Assembly: GCF_038025025.1 (NCBI RefSeq)
Contig: NW_027117350.1
Coordinates: 1-64,000 of the forward strand
Direction: 5' to 3'
Length of the DNA: 64,000 bases
Source of the DNA: Phyllosticta citribraziliensis
Lineage: Eukaryota
The notes beneath the pieces are model-generated. The model was not told where the DNA came from, ran no database searches, and saw only the letters and a list, made by a program, of their open reading frames with translations. Positions 26,701 through 39,399 of the stretch are shown in pieces. Positions within the stretch are counted from its first letter, which is position 1. Each line of letters opens with the position of its first letter. A program made the translations under genes and the position numbers.

Positions 26701-29700
26701 AGAAGAAAGAGATAGTATCTACTACTAAAATATAGAGATAGCCCTAGATATTAGAGATAATATTAGTAGCTAAAGGAAGTAGCTATAAGTCCTTCTTATT
26801 AATAGTATTAAGGGTTTATATATCTATAACTACTTATCCTTTCTACTCTAGAATCCTATTCTCTCTAGGGACTAGCTTCTATACTATAAATATAGAGAAG
26901 CTAAGATAAGTATCTCTATATACCTATTCTACTTTTCCTTATTTATATATAGGGTTAAGTATAGTATCTTAGAATTTATAGTCCCTTTAAGATATAAGGT
27001 ATAGTCTTTAATATTTAAAATATTTATACTAGCCTAGGATTAATAGTATCTTTATCTAATCCTTTTTAGGAACCTTAATAAATCCCTTTTAATTATAGAA
27101 AAGATCTTAAAACTAATCTATTAGTTTTTAGTATAGTAACTAGATCTTAGGGGTCCTAAATATAGTAATACTATTATTAAGCTTAACCTCCTCTATAATA
27201 GGGATAGTAGGATTTAAACTAGCTAGGCTATATTCTATATCTATAAGGTAGTATACCCTATTAAATTCTATAGTAATAATACTACTTAGTTATATATTCT
27301 AGGAGATTATAAGAGACTAATCTAAGTTATTTCTAGTAATAATTTAGTTTATATCTATACTAGTAACTATAGTATAAAGGGTACCCCCTTTTTATAGGAA
27401 GGGTATAGGATATATAGTTTTATTAGGATAGAACTTATATACTTAGTAAAGGAGATCTAATCCTAGGATTTTAATAAGTAGCTTTACCTAGGACTATAGG
27501 GGTATTATCATATTCTTTATAGTATATATATATTAGTAGATAGGAGTAGAAAATAGCTTAGTTATTATACTAATATTTAGGCCTTCTAGCCCTATATATA
27601 GCTATACTACCTAGTTCTAACTAATATTAATAATTACCCCTTTAGGATATAGGAGGTTATTTCCTATAAGTAGAGGGATATTTAGCTTATTAGTTACTTA
27701 AGTATAATAGGGAAGAAAGCTAAGAGCCTATCCTATCTTAGTTTATCTAGATAAGTAAAGAGGAAGTATTATATAATTAGTATATTCTATTTTATATCCT
27801 ACTTTAGTAATAATTATAGATTTCTTAAGTATTATTACCTTAATATTAAGGAGCTTTTCCTTTAAAAATATTCTATTTACTATTAAGGATAAGGTACCTA
27901 TATTAAGGTACCTAATATCTACTATTCCTATAGGGGTTAGCCTAAAACTAATTTCTATTAATTAATATTTAAGAAATAGAGATAGGTTATCTCCTATACT
28001 AAGTCCTATAAAGGCTATAGATAACTCTAAGATTAGTACCTTTAATTCTATATTAGCTATAGCTTTATCCTTTATCTTTCTATATTTATTATTAACCATA
28101 TTAAGCCCTAATATAATAAGGTAGGCTATCTAGTAATACTATCTTCTACTAAATATAGGAGTACTCTACTTATAGCACCATATTACCTATACTATAAGGC
28201 TAAGAGGAAAGATTAATACCTACTAAAGGGCTATAACTACTAGAGTAGGGATATACTAAGAGGGAATAATATATTACTTAATTTTATTATCCTAATAGCT
28301 TTTAGGTACTAGTTACCTACTAACTAAATAGTACTTTATTTAGGTCCTAAGTTCTTAAGTAGCTTAATACTAGCTTAATTTAAACTATATTTAAAACCTA
28401 TATCCCTTAGGTACTAATATAATTTATATTTAAAAGGGAAGCTTATCTAGTAGCTATTATATACTTTTTAGAGATTAAGTACTACTATATTATTATTAGG
28501 AGTATAGTTAAAAGTATTATCCTAGATAAGTATATATCTATACTAAGAGTAGTAGTTAGCTCCTATTATAATTATAGGCTTACTATTATTTAACTATAGT
28601 TTCTCTTTATTAGTTATAGGTATCTCTATACTAGTATCCTTATTACTTTTAGTATCTTTACTTCCCTTATAGGTATCCTTATACTTACTTTTAGAACTAT
28701 CCTAGGTATAGTATTATATATATATAGTTAGTTTATAGTTATAGTTATAGTTATAGTTATAGTTATAGTAATTCTTAGGCTTTAAGTAGGACCTAGAACT
28801 AGACCCTTTTAGGTTAGGAGTAGGGAGTATACCCTACTTAAGGTAGGTTACCTATTTTATATTATTTAGTCCCCTAGTACTTATATTATACTAGGATACT
28901 AAGTATACTCTATTAGATTAATTATATAGCTAGCTAGTAGTCTATATTAAGGTGTATCCCTCATTCTAGCCTTTAGAGAAGAATACCTTACTAGTAGTAG
29001 TTATATTAAAATATTAGGATAGGTATTCCTAAGTCTACTAGTAACTCTTAATATTCTTAATAAATACTTAGATAATAGTATTTACTATTAGTTTAGGGAT
29101 CTACTACTAGAAATAAGGGTTAATATATATATAGGTATTAGCTAACTAGTTATATATAGTAGGGAAACTAGTAGCTTATCCTAGATATATATAGGTAATA
29201 ATAAAGTCCCTTATACTTTTAGTATAGACCTCTAAGAGCCTAAAGTATACTCTATTTAGTACTTTAATAGCTTTATATTATATTATACTAAAGTCTTTAT
29301 ATAGTAGTAAGGTCTAATTATTAATACTATATCTAGTATATATAAAGGCTTAGTCTTCCTCTATAAGTTAGGAGGTATACTATATATTTAATAATCCTTT
29401 TAGGTACTTCTATAGGTTAGTATAGATTAGATCTACTCTATAGGTAGTATAAGCTATTAAAGTACTATTAATAAACTATTTTATAGTATAGTATAAGACC
29501 TTCCCCTATTTAGTTATACTACCTCTATACCTAATATCTTCCTCCTATAGGTTAGGGTTAAAGTAACTAATATTATCTAGGTAGAAATACTAGGTTATTC
29601 TTCTAATATATAGTCCTAATACCTAGTTATACTCCTTATTATTACCTATACCCTATAGGGGAATAAATTAAAAGGTAATAGATTATTTATCCTCTTCTCT

Positions 29701-30100
29701 ATTCTTAGGAGGAGGAGAGCTTAGTAGGAGTAGCTCCTCTATTTTATACTAGGTATACCTTTTCTAGTATTTCTATCCCTAGTTTTTACTAGAGAAATAA
29801 TTTCCCTCCTATAACTATAGTAGTCTTAATACTACTTAGCCTCTACCTTAGGGTATACTTATTTTAAGTATAGATAGGTATATACTAAGCTTCTTAAGTT
29901 ACTTATTAACCCCCTTATTTATTATAGTAAGGTTTATTATCTATACTTTCTATTATTTAGAGAATATATCTTAGAGTATATCTAGCTTTACTCCTAAAGA
30001 TTCTAGGGTTATAGTAGGCTACTAGATCTCCTTAGTCTAGTCTATAATACTATACTAATTATATATATATAGTAGTATTATATTATATAGGGGTAGCTAG
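23760..30100 (-). pseudogene. gag-pol remnant of B1 with C-terminal chromodomain
   Basis: RT and chromodomain motifs, colinear with B2. Boundaries are approximate. Confidence 0.85.
28738..28767. repeat. (GTTATA)5 microsatellite in B1 gag
   Basis: Read directly; same position in the element as 40745-40846 in B2. Confidence 0.9.
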
Positions 30101-31091
30101 TTATAGTATATATACCTTAGGGGAGGATTCTAGTTTTCTAGTAGCTATTAATAGGAGATAGGAAGACTACTATATAGGTATTAGCTAAAACCTAGACCTA
30201 TACTACTCTAGAAAATATTAGGTAGTTAATTAAAGGGTTAGTAAGAGTAGCCTTAAGGAGGCCTATAATTAGGTAGGAAGGGAGGTTATTTAAATTAGCC
30301 TTTATAAGTATAGCTAGTACCTTTACTAAAATTTAGTAGAATATACTAGTCTTTAAAATTATTATCTATAGAAGAATAGGGACTCTATAGATTATATTCT
30401 AGCTTATTATCTATAAATAGGCTACTAGTATAGGTAGCTAGCTACTTTCCTTTAAAAGGTTTTAGTTAAGAAGTATAAGGGGGTATTACCTACTTATCTT
30501 AGGGTTAATATAGCCTTATACTTATATATATCTATAACCAGAGTTATTAATAGGTATATATAGAAGTAGAGTAATATAAAGAAGATAACTACCCTTAAGT
30601 TAGTATAGATATTAGTAAAATAGGTTATTAAGGTTCTATAGATAGTATAAATTAGGGATAAATTAATATATAGTATAGAGATTTTAATTAAGGTTATCTA
30701 TAAAGTAAGGTAATAGGTATTTATACCTAAGAAGAGGGGGGATCTATTAAGTAGGTAATTAATTAGCCCCTTCCCTATTTAGATATAGTATAATTACTAA
30801 TAGGAGGAGTAGGTCCTAATAGTTTCTAGGTTAACCCTAGTAGAACTTCTAGGGTAATTATAGTAGGCCCTAGTAGTAACTAGGGTACTATCTTAGCTTA
30901 TAGCTAAGAAGGTACTTTAAGGACTATACCTAGGGCTAATACCTCTAGTATAGTAGGATATTCTAGTATAATTAGAGAAAAGTACTAGAATAGATTATAT
31001 AGGAACTAGGATACCCTTAAGCCTATACTTATATTATATTAGCCTACCTCCTTATATAGTATAATTAGGACTAGGTTTAGTAGTAAACCTA

Positions 31092-31181
31092 CTATATTAG
31101 TAGATATTAATATACTTAGTATTATAGTCCTTATACCTATATTAGTAGATATTAGTATACTAGGTATTATAGTCTTTATAC
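31092..31181. repeat. 45-bp tandem duplication in the B1 5' leader
   Basis: ctatattagtagatatta..atac occurs twice, at 31092 and 31137. Confidence 0.8.
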
Positions 31182-31822
31182 CCTTAGCTAGAGCCTCTTC
31201 TATATATTCCTATTTTATAGCTACTAGGTAATTCTCTAGGAATAATTTAATATAAGTAGTATTAACTTATTCTAAGGCTTATTAAAAGGTAGCTTAGTTT
31301 ATACCTCCTATAGAATCCTAGTATACTAGGTAATCTAGGTACCTTTAAGATACTATAGCTTATTAAGTAGATACTCCTATACTACCTAAGGGCTTAAATA
31401 TTTCTATAAGGAGGTTAATATAGGTCCTTACTACTAGGGTAATCTATTTAAGCTATTATTTATATTTACTATAATAAAGGAAGGCCTTAAGCTACTAGGT
31501 AGATAGTATATCCTCTTCTAAAATTAGTATAGTAAACTTATTTATTTAGGGACTATATTATAGACAGTTCCTTATACTAGTACTATATATTAAAGGGAAA
31601 GGTAAGTATAGTAGAAGTAAGGGTCCTACTATAATAATACTAGTACTAGGTTATATAAGAAGGGAGATCCTTACTAGGTACTATATAGAAGTATATTATT
31701 AGCTATTTTAAGGGGATCTTCCTAGGTTTTAGTAGAAGTAGACTTATAGTATTTATATATTAGTAGTAATAAAGGTCCTAGATATAGAGGGGATACTATA
31801 GTAAAAGGAAGTACTATAGTAC

Positions 31823-31834
31823 TTTTAGCTACTA
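31823..31834 (-). other. Putative primer-binding site of B1 (TAGTAGCTAAAA; de-RIP TGGTAGC...)
   Basis: Lies 5 nt downstream of the 5' LTR on the coding strand. Confidence 0.55.
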
Positions 31835-31839
31835 AATAA

Positions 31840-32012
31840 TATTATAAGTTTAGTTAGGACATCTTTTCTTAAGTAAAGATTATATTATTATTATTTCTAT
31901 CTTAGCCCTAGGGCCCTACTTATTCTCATCTACTTACTCATACTACTAAGCCCACTAGCTAGTACCTACCTTACTCACCTAAGGCATCCCTAACCATCCG
32001 CGGACTATAACA
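31840..32012 (-). repeat. 5' LTR of B1 (173 bp)
   Basis: Ends ...GGACTATAACA, followed by the TSD GTCTT. Confidence 0.93.
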
Positions 32013-35000
32013 GTCTTATAGGATATAATAGTCTATTTTAATAAAGAAGTACTATCTAAATAGCTATAGTTTAAATCTAGTAATTATATATATTAGTACT
32101 TAGTATTCTAGCTTTCTAGAGTTATAAAATAATTCTATCCTAGACTAAATACTACTCTTATACCTTACTAGATACCTAGTACTATCCTTTTCTTATATTA
32201 AAACTACTCCCTATCCTATACTACTACTATCTATAGCTATTATAATATCTCCTATAGACTCCTCTCTATATATAATAGATACTAAGGTAGGTACTATTAT
32301 AATAGCTTCCTTAATTTTAGCTATAGCTTTATTATACTTACTTTTCTAAGTAAATAGTATATTCTTCCTTATTAGAGTATATAGTAGTACTACCTTATAT
32401 AAGTACTCCTTAACCTAGTAGTAAAAATAGGTAGTTACTCCTAAGAAGCCCTTTAATAATTTAAGGTCTTAGGAAGTATCCTAATTATTAATCTTACCTA
32501 CTTTAGACTTAGTAGATAGGTATCTAAACTCTCTATATCTAAACCTAATAACCTCTACTTCTAGTATATTAAAGAAGGACTTCTCTTCTAAGATTATAAG
32601 TCTAGCTAGTTCTAGATTCTATAGTATATTATTAATATCCTAGATATACTTAAGTATAAATTACCTAACTCCTATAACTATACTTTCTATATTATTATAT
32701 TAGCTCCTTTACTAGCCTCCTATAATATTATTTATAAAAAGGTTAGCCTTATCTTATTAGTTATCTAGTATATATCTTAGGCTATAAACTACTTATCCTA
32801 GAGAATTAGTTATACCTTAAGAAAGTATAAAGTTATACTAGTATCTCTAGGGGGTAATAAATCTAGTAAGATCCTAATACTTTTTAGTAACTATAAATTA
32901 ATTAAAACTAGAGTATAGGTCTATAAGGGTATATATTATAAGGCCTCTTTAGTACTCTATATAATTATTTATTAGTCCTAGTATACTAGTATCTTAAATA
33001 GTAATATTATTTAGTATTTATAAATTATTAATCTACCTATATATACTATTCTTCTTAGGTAAGACTATCTAGGGATTATAATATTAATTAGAGTAGTACT
33101 TAATAATTCCTATATCTTACTAAGTAGTAAGTAAGTTAAATATATACTATATTTTAGCTTATAAAATATATAATACTCTAACTCTCTAGGCCTTATATAG
33201 TATTATCCTAATAGGGAACCTATATATTACTATTAGCTTAATTTATCCTATTTCTAATAGGTTAAATAAGATAGTACCTTCTCTACTATATAGTATTTCT
33301 AGTATTAGTTCCTACTCTCTTAGCTAGAGGTTATCTCTAGTGATAAGGCTAGTTAACCTTTCCTATATAAGGTATATACCTAGTTAAAAGATAGTAATTC
33401 TTAAATAGAATAAGTAGGTAAATTATCCCTAGCCCTAGAGATCCCTTATTAGTATAGTAGTCTACTTAGTAATTATAGTCTCTTTAGTCTTTTATCCCTT
33501 AATTATATTTAATAACTCTTCCTATAGTATTAAGTTATCTATAGGCTCTATTTTTATACCTTTTTATTTATATACTATATACTAGTATAGGTTTTATTAT
33601 CTAGTAGTATTAAGATACTTAGGAAATATACTATACTAAGATACCTTATAATAAATAATACTCTATTCTCCTATTATATATATAGTTAAAAATATATTAT
33701 CTAATATTAAATTAGTATTTTTAGTATTTTATTTATTTTAATTATATAGGCCTCCTACTAATTAGTATAGTAATTATATACTAATTAGCCCCTAAATTAT
33801 TATACTAGCTAGTTTCCTAGCCCTACTACTTATATACTATTACTACTTTAGATTCTAATAGGACTAATATAGTATATAGTATCTTTAATACCTTTAATAA
33901 ATAGGAATGCCTAGTAGGTAATAATCTCTATATAGTAGTAAGGGTTAATAGGGTAGGTAAATCTTAGCTTAACTACTCTAATAGGTATAGTTTTAAATTT
34001 ACTACCTACTAAGATAATTTAAGGTATTCCTAATATAATAGGGATAGTAGTTTAATTATATACTAGGAAATAAGTATTCTAGGACTAATCTCCTATTTAA
34101 ATAGCTAAACTTAGGATCTATTATTTAATTTTATACTTTAAACTATTTATAAATCCTATAGTTATATTAAAACTATTAGGTAGTATATCTTATACTAGGA
34201 TACTAAGTTTAGCTATAAGGGCCTTAGAAATACTATTTATATTTACTCTAGTATCTACTAGTACTTATACTATATAGCTACTAAAGGATACTAGGATAAA
34301 GGATAATAGGATATAGTAGATAATAAGGCCCTATTATTTAGCTAGTATTATAACCTCTTTATAGGTTATTAGCTTTAGCTTATAGTCTCCTCTAGTAGTT
34401 ATAGAATTCTCCTAACCCTTAGGTAATTTAATACTAAAGTATATCTTATATATTAATAGGTCTATAGGCTTACTATCCTAAAGGGGCTTATTATTAGGCC
34501 TATATAAAATAAAGCTCTAAGTAGGTATATACTTTATAGTATATACTAGGCTTATATATATATAATTAAAAACTCTAGAGATAGTTTTACCCTTAGTAAC
34601 TAATATATTAATTAGTATATTTAAATATATAAAGATCCTATCTAGGAAATAATCTTCTTACTTAAATAGGTAATACTAGGAGAAGTTAAATTCTATAGGC
34701 TTATTAAAGGAGTTAAACTAGTACCCTTTAATATTATCTACTAGTTCTATATATATAGTATATATTAGCTTCTATAGGTCCTCTATTATATATAGGTATT
34801 TATTTAGTACCTATAGGTTATTATAAAGTATTTCTTAGACCTCTTCTATAATCTTAGTACTAATAGGAGTATAAAATAACTTCTATATATTATTATATAG
34901 GTTAAGGATTCCTTTTATATACCTAATAGTCTCCTTATTAAAGATATCTCTATATCTCTAGCTATTTAGACCTAGTTTATACTACTTATAATAGAATAGG

Positions 35001-35743
35001 TCTCTAAATATAATAGTTTTAACCTAGTACTATTTAAGGGGGGCCCCTTTACTAAGTAGCTCTAGCTTATTATTCTCTAATTCCTTAAGTATAATACTTA
35101 GCTTAATTTAAGGGATTTCTTTAATATTAGATATATCCTTATTAGTATCCTTTATAGTTACTCTCTATAGTTTATCTATATTAGGCTCCTAAATAGGCTC
35201 TTTACTAGAGATAATAGGTTCTTTAATATTACTATCTAATAGACTAGTAATAGCTAGTTATCTTAGCTATTAAGGTATATTTACTAGTAGAGTTATATCT
35301 AGGATATCCTTATTAGATATATTCCTAGTCTTATTAGATATTACCTATTTAGCTATATTTTTAACTTATTTATTAATAGCTATTTTATTAATTATAGCTT
35401 ATAGGATTTTAGCTCCTCTTCTCCTAGCTAGCTTCTTTAGCTTCTTTATATATTTTATAATCTTTATTAGGTTTATAAAGATTATATTTCTAAGGGGTAC
35501 TTTAGCCTTAAAATAGTATATACTATATATTATCCCTTTATTATAATAGTAAATCTAATAGAAATAAGGCTAGCTATCCTCTATATTAGCCTAAGTATAG
35601 TTAATCTAAGTATACTAGCTTTAGTCCTAGTTATATTAGTCTTAGTTATATTAGCTATAGTCTAAAGGTATATTATATCCTATATTAATTTATAGTAGGG
35701 GCTAATATCCTTATAGTTCTTTATTTATTATAGATTAAGATAA

Positions 35744-35772
35744 TAACTCTCCCCTAGCCTAGTAAGGAGTTA
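35744..35772. promoter_or_regulatory. 29-bp palindromic site, copy 4 (element C)
   Basis: taactc-tccc-ctag-c-ctag-taag-gagtta. Confidence 0.6.
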
Positions 35773-37201
35773 TTTATTATTCTAGTACTAATAATATTTT
35801 TAGTAAATTATTATTATTTATCTATCTTTAATATTATAAGTACTTCTTAATATCTAGCTATTTATTCCTCTTATAAGTTAATATTAGCTAGCTATTAAAG
35901 TCCTAGATATATCTATTTTAACTAATAGATATAAGGCTAGTATATATAAATAGTAATAGAATAGGATAACTCCTAACTATATAGCCTATCTTATTATAAC
36001 TCTAATACTCTCCTATTCCTATACTTTAGTTTATATTTAAACTAGTAGGTCTAGCCTAGTTATAGGAGTTAGGGTTATATTAAGGTTAGCTTATAGGAGC
36101 TATCCTAGATAGTAGTAGCCTTATTAGTAAAAGACTAGAATCTATTTATAGAGTATATTATCCTAGTAGTAGTATATACTATCTAGCTAGCTAGCTAGTT
36201 CTAATAGAGCTATTATAGGGAAATAATAACTAGGTAACCCTTATATATAGGTCCCTACTATTTATAATATACCTATACTTCTTACTATCTATAAGCTATT
36301 TATAGATATAGCTAGTAGCCTCCTAGATTAATTTAATATATATCTTAGCTAGCTTATCTACTAGGTCTTTAACTATAGTATTATTACTCTTTATTAAAGG
36401 GGTCCTAGTCTTAGAGGTTAATTATCTACTTAAAGCTATAATTATAGAGGAAGAGCTATTAGAGGATAATACTATAAGTAGTAGAGGAGACCTTAGAAGG
36501 TATCCTCTTCCTACTAGTATAGGGTCTATAATATAGTCTAATCTCTTAATATAGTATATAACTATATTTATAACCTTTAGTAAGTCTATAGAGTATAAGG
36601 CTATATACTATTTATATTCTAGCTAGGCCTTAATATATAACTAGAGATACTAAATATTCCTAGCTCTATAGGCTAAATACCCCTTTTATAAGAACCTTAT
36701 TTATATATCTATATATAGGGTATTTAGGAACTATATCTCTTATAGGCTTTTATTAATATATTCTTCTTCTACTACCTTATTACTAAGTATCCTATAAAGT
36801 CTAAAGAACTTATCTACCTTAAAGGGGTAATAGAGGTCCTTATATCTCTTAGCTAAGTTCTTAATATAGCTCTAGTTCCTACTAATTATACTAGTATCTT
36901 AGTTCTTATATTATACTAGTATCTAGACTTTTAGACCTTCCTAGTCTCTAGTCTAGAACTTAATAGTATAGTAGATTTCTAGGCTAATTAGGGTTTTATA
37001 ATATTAAACTAGCTTTAATATAAATTCTTCTAGGAGACTCCTAGCTATAGTATAGAAGTATTTATATATCTCTAGGAATAATAATATATTATCTCCCCTA
37101 AATTATAGCCTTTACTTTAGTACTAGTATCTAGCTTATTAGGATTATCTATATTAGAGAAGCTATTCTTATATAGTATTAATTAGCTTTTATTAGTATTA
37201 A

Positions 37202-37230
37202 TAACTCCCTACTAGACTAGGGGAGAGTTA
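37202..37230. promoter_or_regulatory. 29-bp palindromic site, copy 5 (element C)
   Basis: taactc-ccta-ctag-a-ctag-ggga-gagtta. Confidence 0.6.
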
Positions 37231-38607
37231 TTTTTATAGTATCTAGTATTAGCTAATTAACTTAGCTTAGTACTAATATTTTATTACTATCTATCCCTAA
37301 TAGTAGTATAATTATAGGAGGTATACTTAATCTAGTAAAAGGTCTAAATAAACCTATAGCTAGTACTATACCTTATAAGGGAGTTTAAGTACTAATTACT
37401 AGTAATAGGGGTACTATAGATAGTCCTCCTTAAGTAATTATAGATCCCTACTATTAGCCCCTAGAAGAGTACCTACTATTATAAGAACTAGATTATTATC
37501 CTTTCCCTTTATCTCCTCCTAATATACCTCTTCCTCCTCTTCTATTTCTTCCTAATCTACTAGAAGAACTTATAGTACTTATAGGCTAGCTATTAAATTT
37601 ATTATATAATTATATCTAAATCTACCTTTATAATTTATTATATAAACTACTAACCTTATAATATAATAGAATAGTCCTAGAAACTTAATAGGCCTTAATA
37701 ATCTAATATCTATAATATAACTATATAAAAACTAGAGAATTAACTATCTAGGCTTATCCCCTATACTTTATAGATAGAGATACCTAGAATAATATTATAC
37801 TTAATAAAAATAGAACTAACTAAAGTTAAATAGTATAGTATTATTATTCTATAAAGTATATACTAACCTACTATAAAATTATAAGTATTAATCTTATAGC
37901 TTATATAGTATCTATAAAATAGTACCTAGAATAAATAAGTAAATAAATACTAGTATAATAGTAATAACTATTATATATTTATATAATTAGGTAATAGTAA
38001 GCTCCTAATCTATAGAAGCTATACTATAAAATATAGGTAGGATTAGCTACTTACTAATATACTTACTTAGCTAGCTAAAATACCAGTACTAGAAGAGGTA
38101 TAAGAGATAGTAACTAGTAGTAAATAAGTAGGCTCTATAGGATAGGAATAAAATAACTACTAAACTAACTAAAATAAGCTACTATCTAGCTATTACTTTA
38201 TTATCTAAGTAGTATAGGACTTAGGTATAAATAATAAGTATAAATAAATAAATAACTAAGTATTTAGTAGATAATTATTTAACTAAGTATAAAAGACTTT
38301 ATTTATATAAGTAGTACCTCTTAATAAGTAGCTATAAAAGGGGGTATATAACTAGCTAATCTACTACTAAAATACTAATAATATAAAAACCTCCTATTAC
38401 TACTAAAGGTACTAAGTTTACTTATACTTTTATTAGCTATTATTATTACTATTAAACTATATAGAACTATATCTTCCTAGTATTCTAGAGCTACCTATAG
38501 TCTTATTTTCTTACTAGCCTAATCTTCTACTTATATCTAAGCTAAAACTATAGCTAAGAATAAGAATAATAACCGCTAAAAGTAACCCTTAAAAGCTGTA
38601 AAAACCA

Positions 38608-38625
38608 TGCTGGCTAGTAGTACCA
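38608..38625 (-). other. Candidate PBS of element C (TGGTACTACTAGCCAGCA)
   Basis: A TGG-starting sequence at the exact 5' end of the C remnant. The cognate tRNA was not identified. Confidence 0.3.
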
Positions 38626-39399
38626 TACTATAATTACCCTAGAAGTTATACTAGGATTAATCTAGGAATTATTAGGACCTACTCCTCCTACTAATAGCTA
38701 TACTATATCTAGATAGGGAAAGGGCTAACTAATTACCTATTTAGTAGATCCCCCCTCTTCTTAGGTATAAATACCTATTACCTTACTTTATAGATAACCT
38801 TAATTAAAATCTCTATACTATATATTAATTTATCTATAACCTATACTATCTATAGAGCCTTAATAATCTATTTTACTAATACCTATACTAACTTAAGGAT
38901 ACTTATCTTCTTTATATTACTCTACTTCTATATATACCTATTAATAACTTTAGTTATAGATATATATAACTATAAGGCTATACTAGCCCTAAGATAAGTA
39001 GGTAATACCTCTTTAGACTTCCTAATTAAAACCTTCTAAAGGAAAATAGCTAGTTACCTATACTAGTAGCCTATCTATAAATAATAAGCTAGAATATAAT
39101 TTATAAAGTCCCTATTCTTCTATAGATAATAATTTTAAAGACTAGTAGGTTCTATTAAATTTTAATAAAGATACTAGCTATACTTATAAAGGCTAATTTA
39201 AATAATCTCCCTTCCTACCTAATTATAGGCCTCCTTATAGCTATTCTTACTAACTCTTTAGTTAACTATCTAATATCTTCTAGAGTAGTATAGGCCTAGA
39301 TTTTATTTAGACCTCTAGCTAATACCTATATAATAGTCTTCCTTTCTCTAACTAATAGCTACTAGGAAACTAGAATCCTCTTCTAAGGTATATATACTA

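Larger units (their letters stand above)
20149..32012 (-). mobile_element. Full-length 11,864-bp Gypsy/chromovirus LTR retrotransposon family B, copy B1
   Basis: 173-bp direct LTRs and a perfect TSD GTCTT (20144-20148 and 32013-32017). RT motif YINN (de-RIP YIDD) at ~26525-26540. A second copy lies at 38626-49402. Confidence 0.95.
32018..37600 (-). pseudogene. gag and pol 5' part (PR, RT, RNaseH start) of element C
   Basis: RNase H motif at ~32020-32190. RT-like ILNNITI (de-RIP xLDDIAI) at ~32997-33017. The gag boundary is approximate. Confidence 0.75.
9166..38625 (-). mobile_element. Gypsy LTR retrotransposon 'C' (~11.4 kb after removing A1 and B1), in three pieces: 9166-12193, 18336-20148 and 32018-38625; 5' LTR missing
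   Basis: The RNase H frame (de-RIP RYESGIWS..YDSGKLECR..FKPWLFG..TDHH) continues across the B1 insertion. The integrase C-terminus (WKGPFKI...YKLKELSG...GDRLKKF) is at ~18520-18710. The same 29-bp palindrome occurs in all three pieces. Confidence 0.8.

Noticed and set aside
21300..31200. Recurring GGGTATA word in family B
   Set aside because: It is also frequent in C and D and is expected from RIP-generated TATA.
20149..32012. Naming B as the Leptosphaeria maculans element Rolly
   Set aside because: Only the overall size is similar. I cannot compare sequences, so species and family names are left unassigned.
36039..36071. Sixth copy of the C palindrome
   Set aside because: The spacers are 6 bp rather than 4 and the left arm is degenerate. 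CTAG-N-CTAG alone is common in RIPed DNA.
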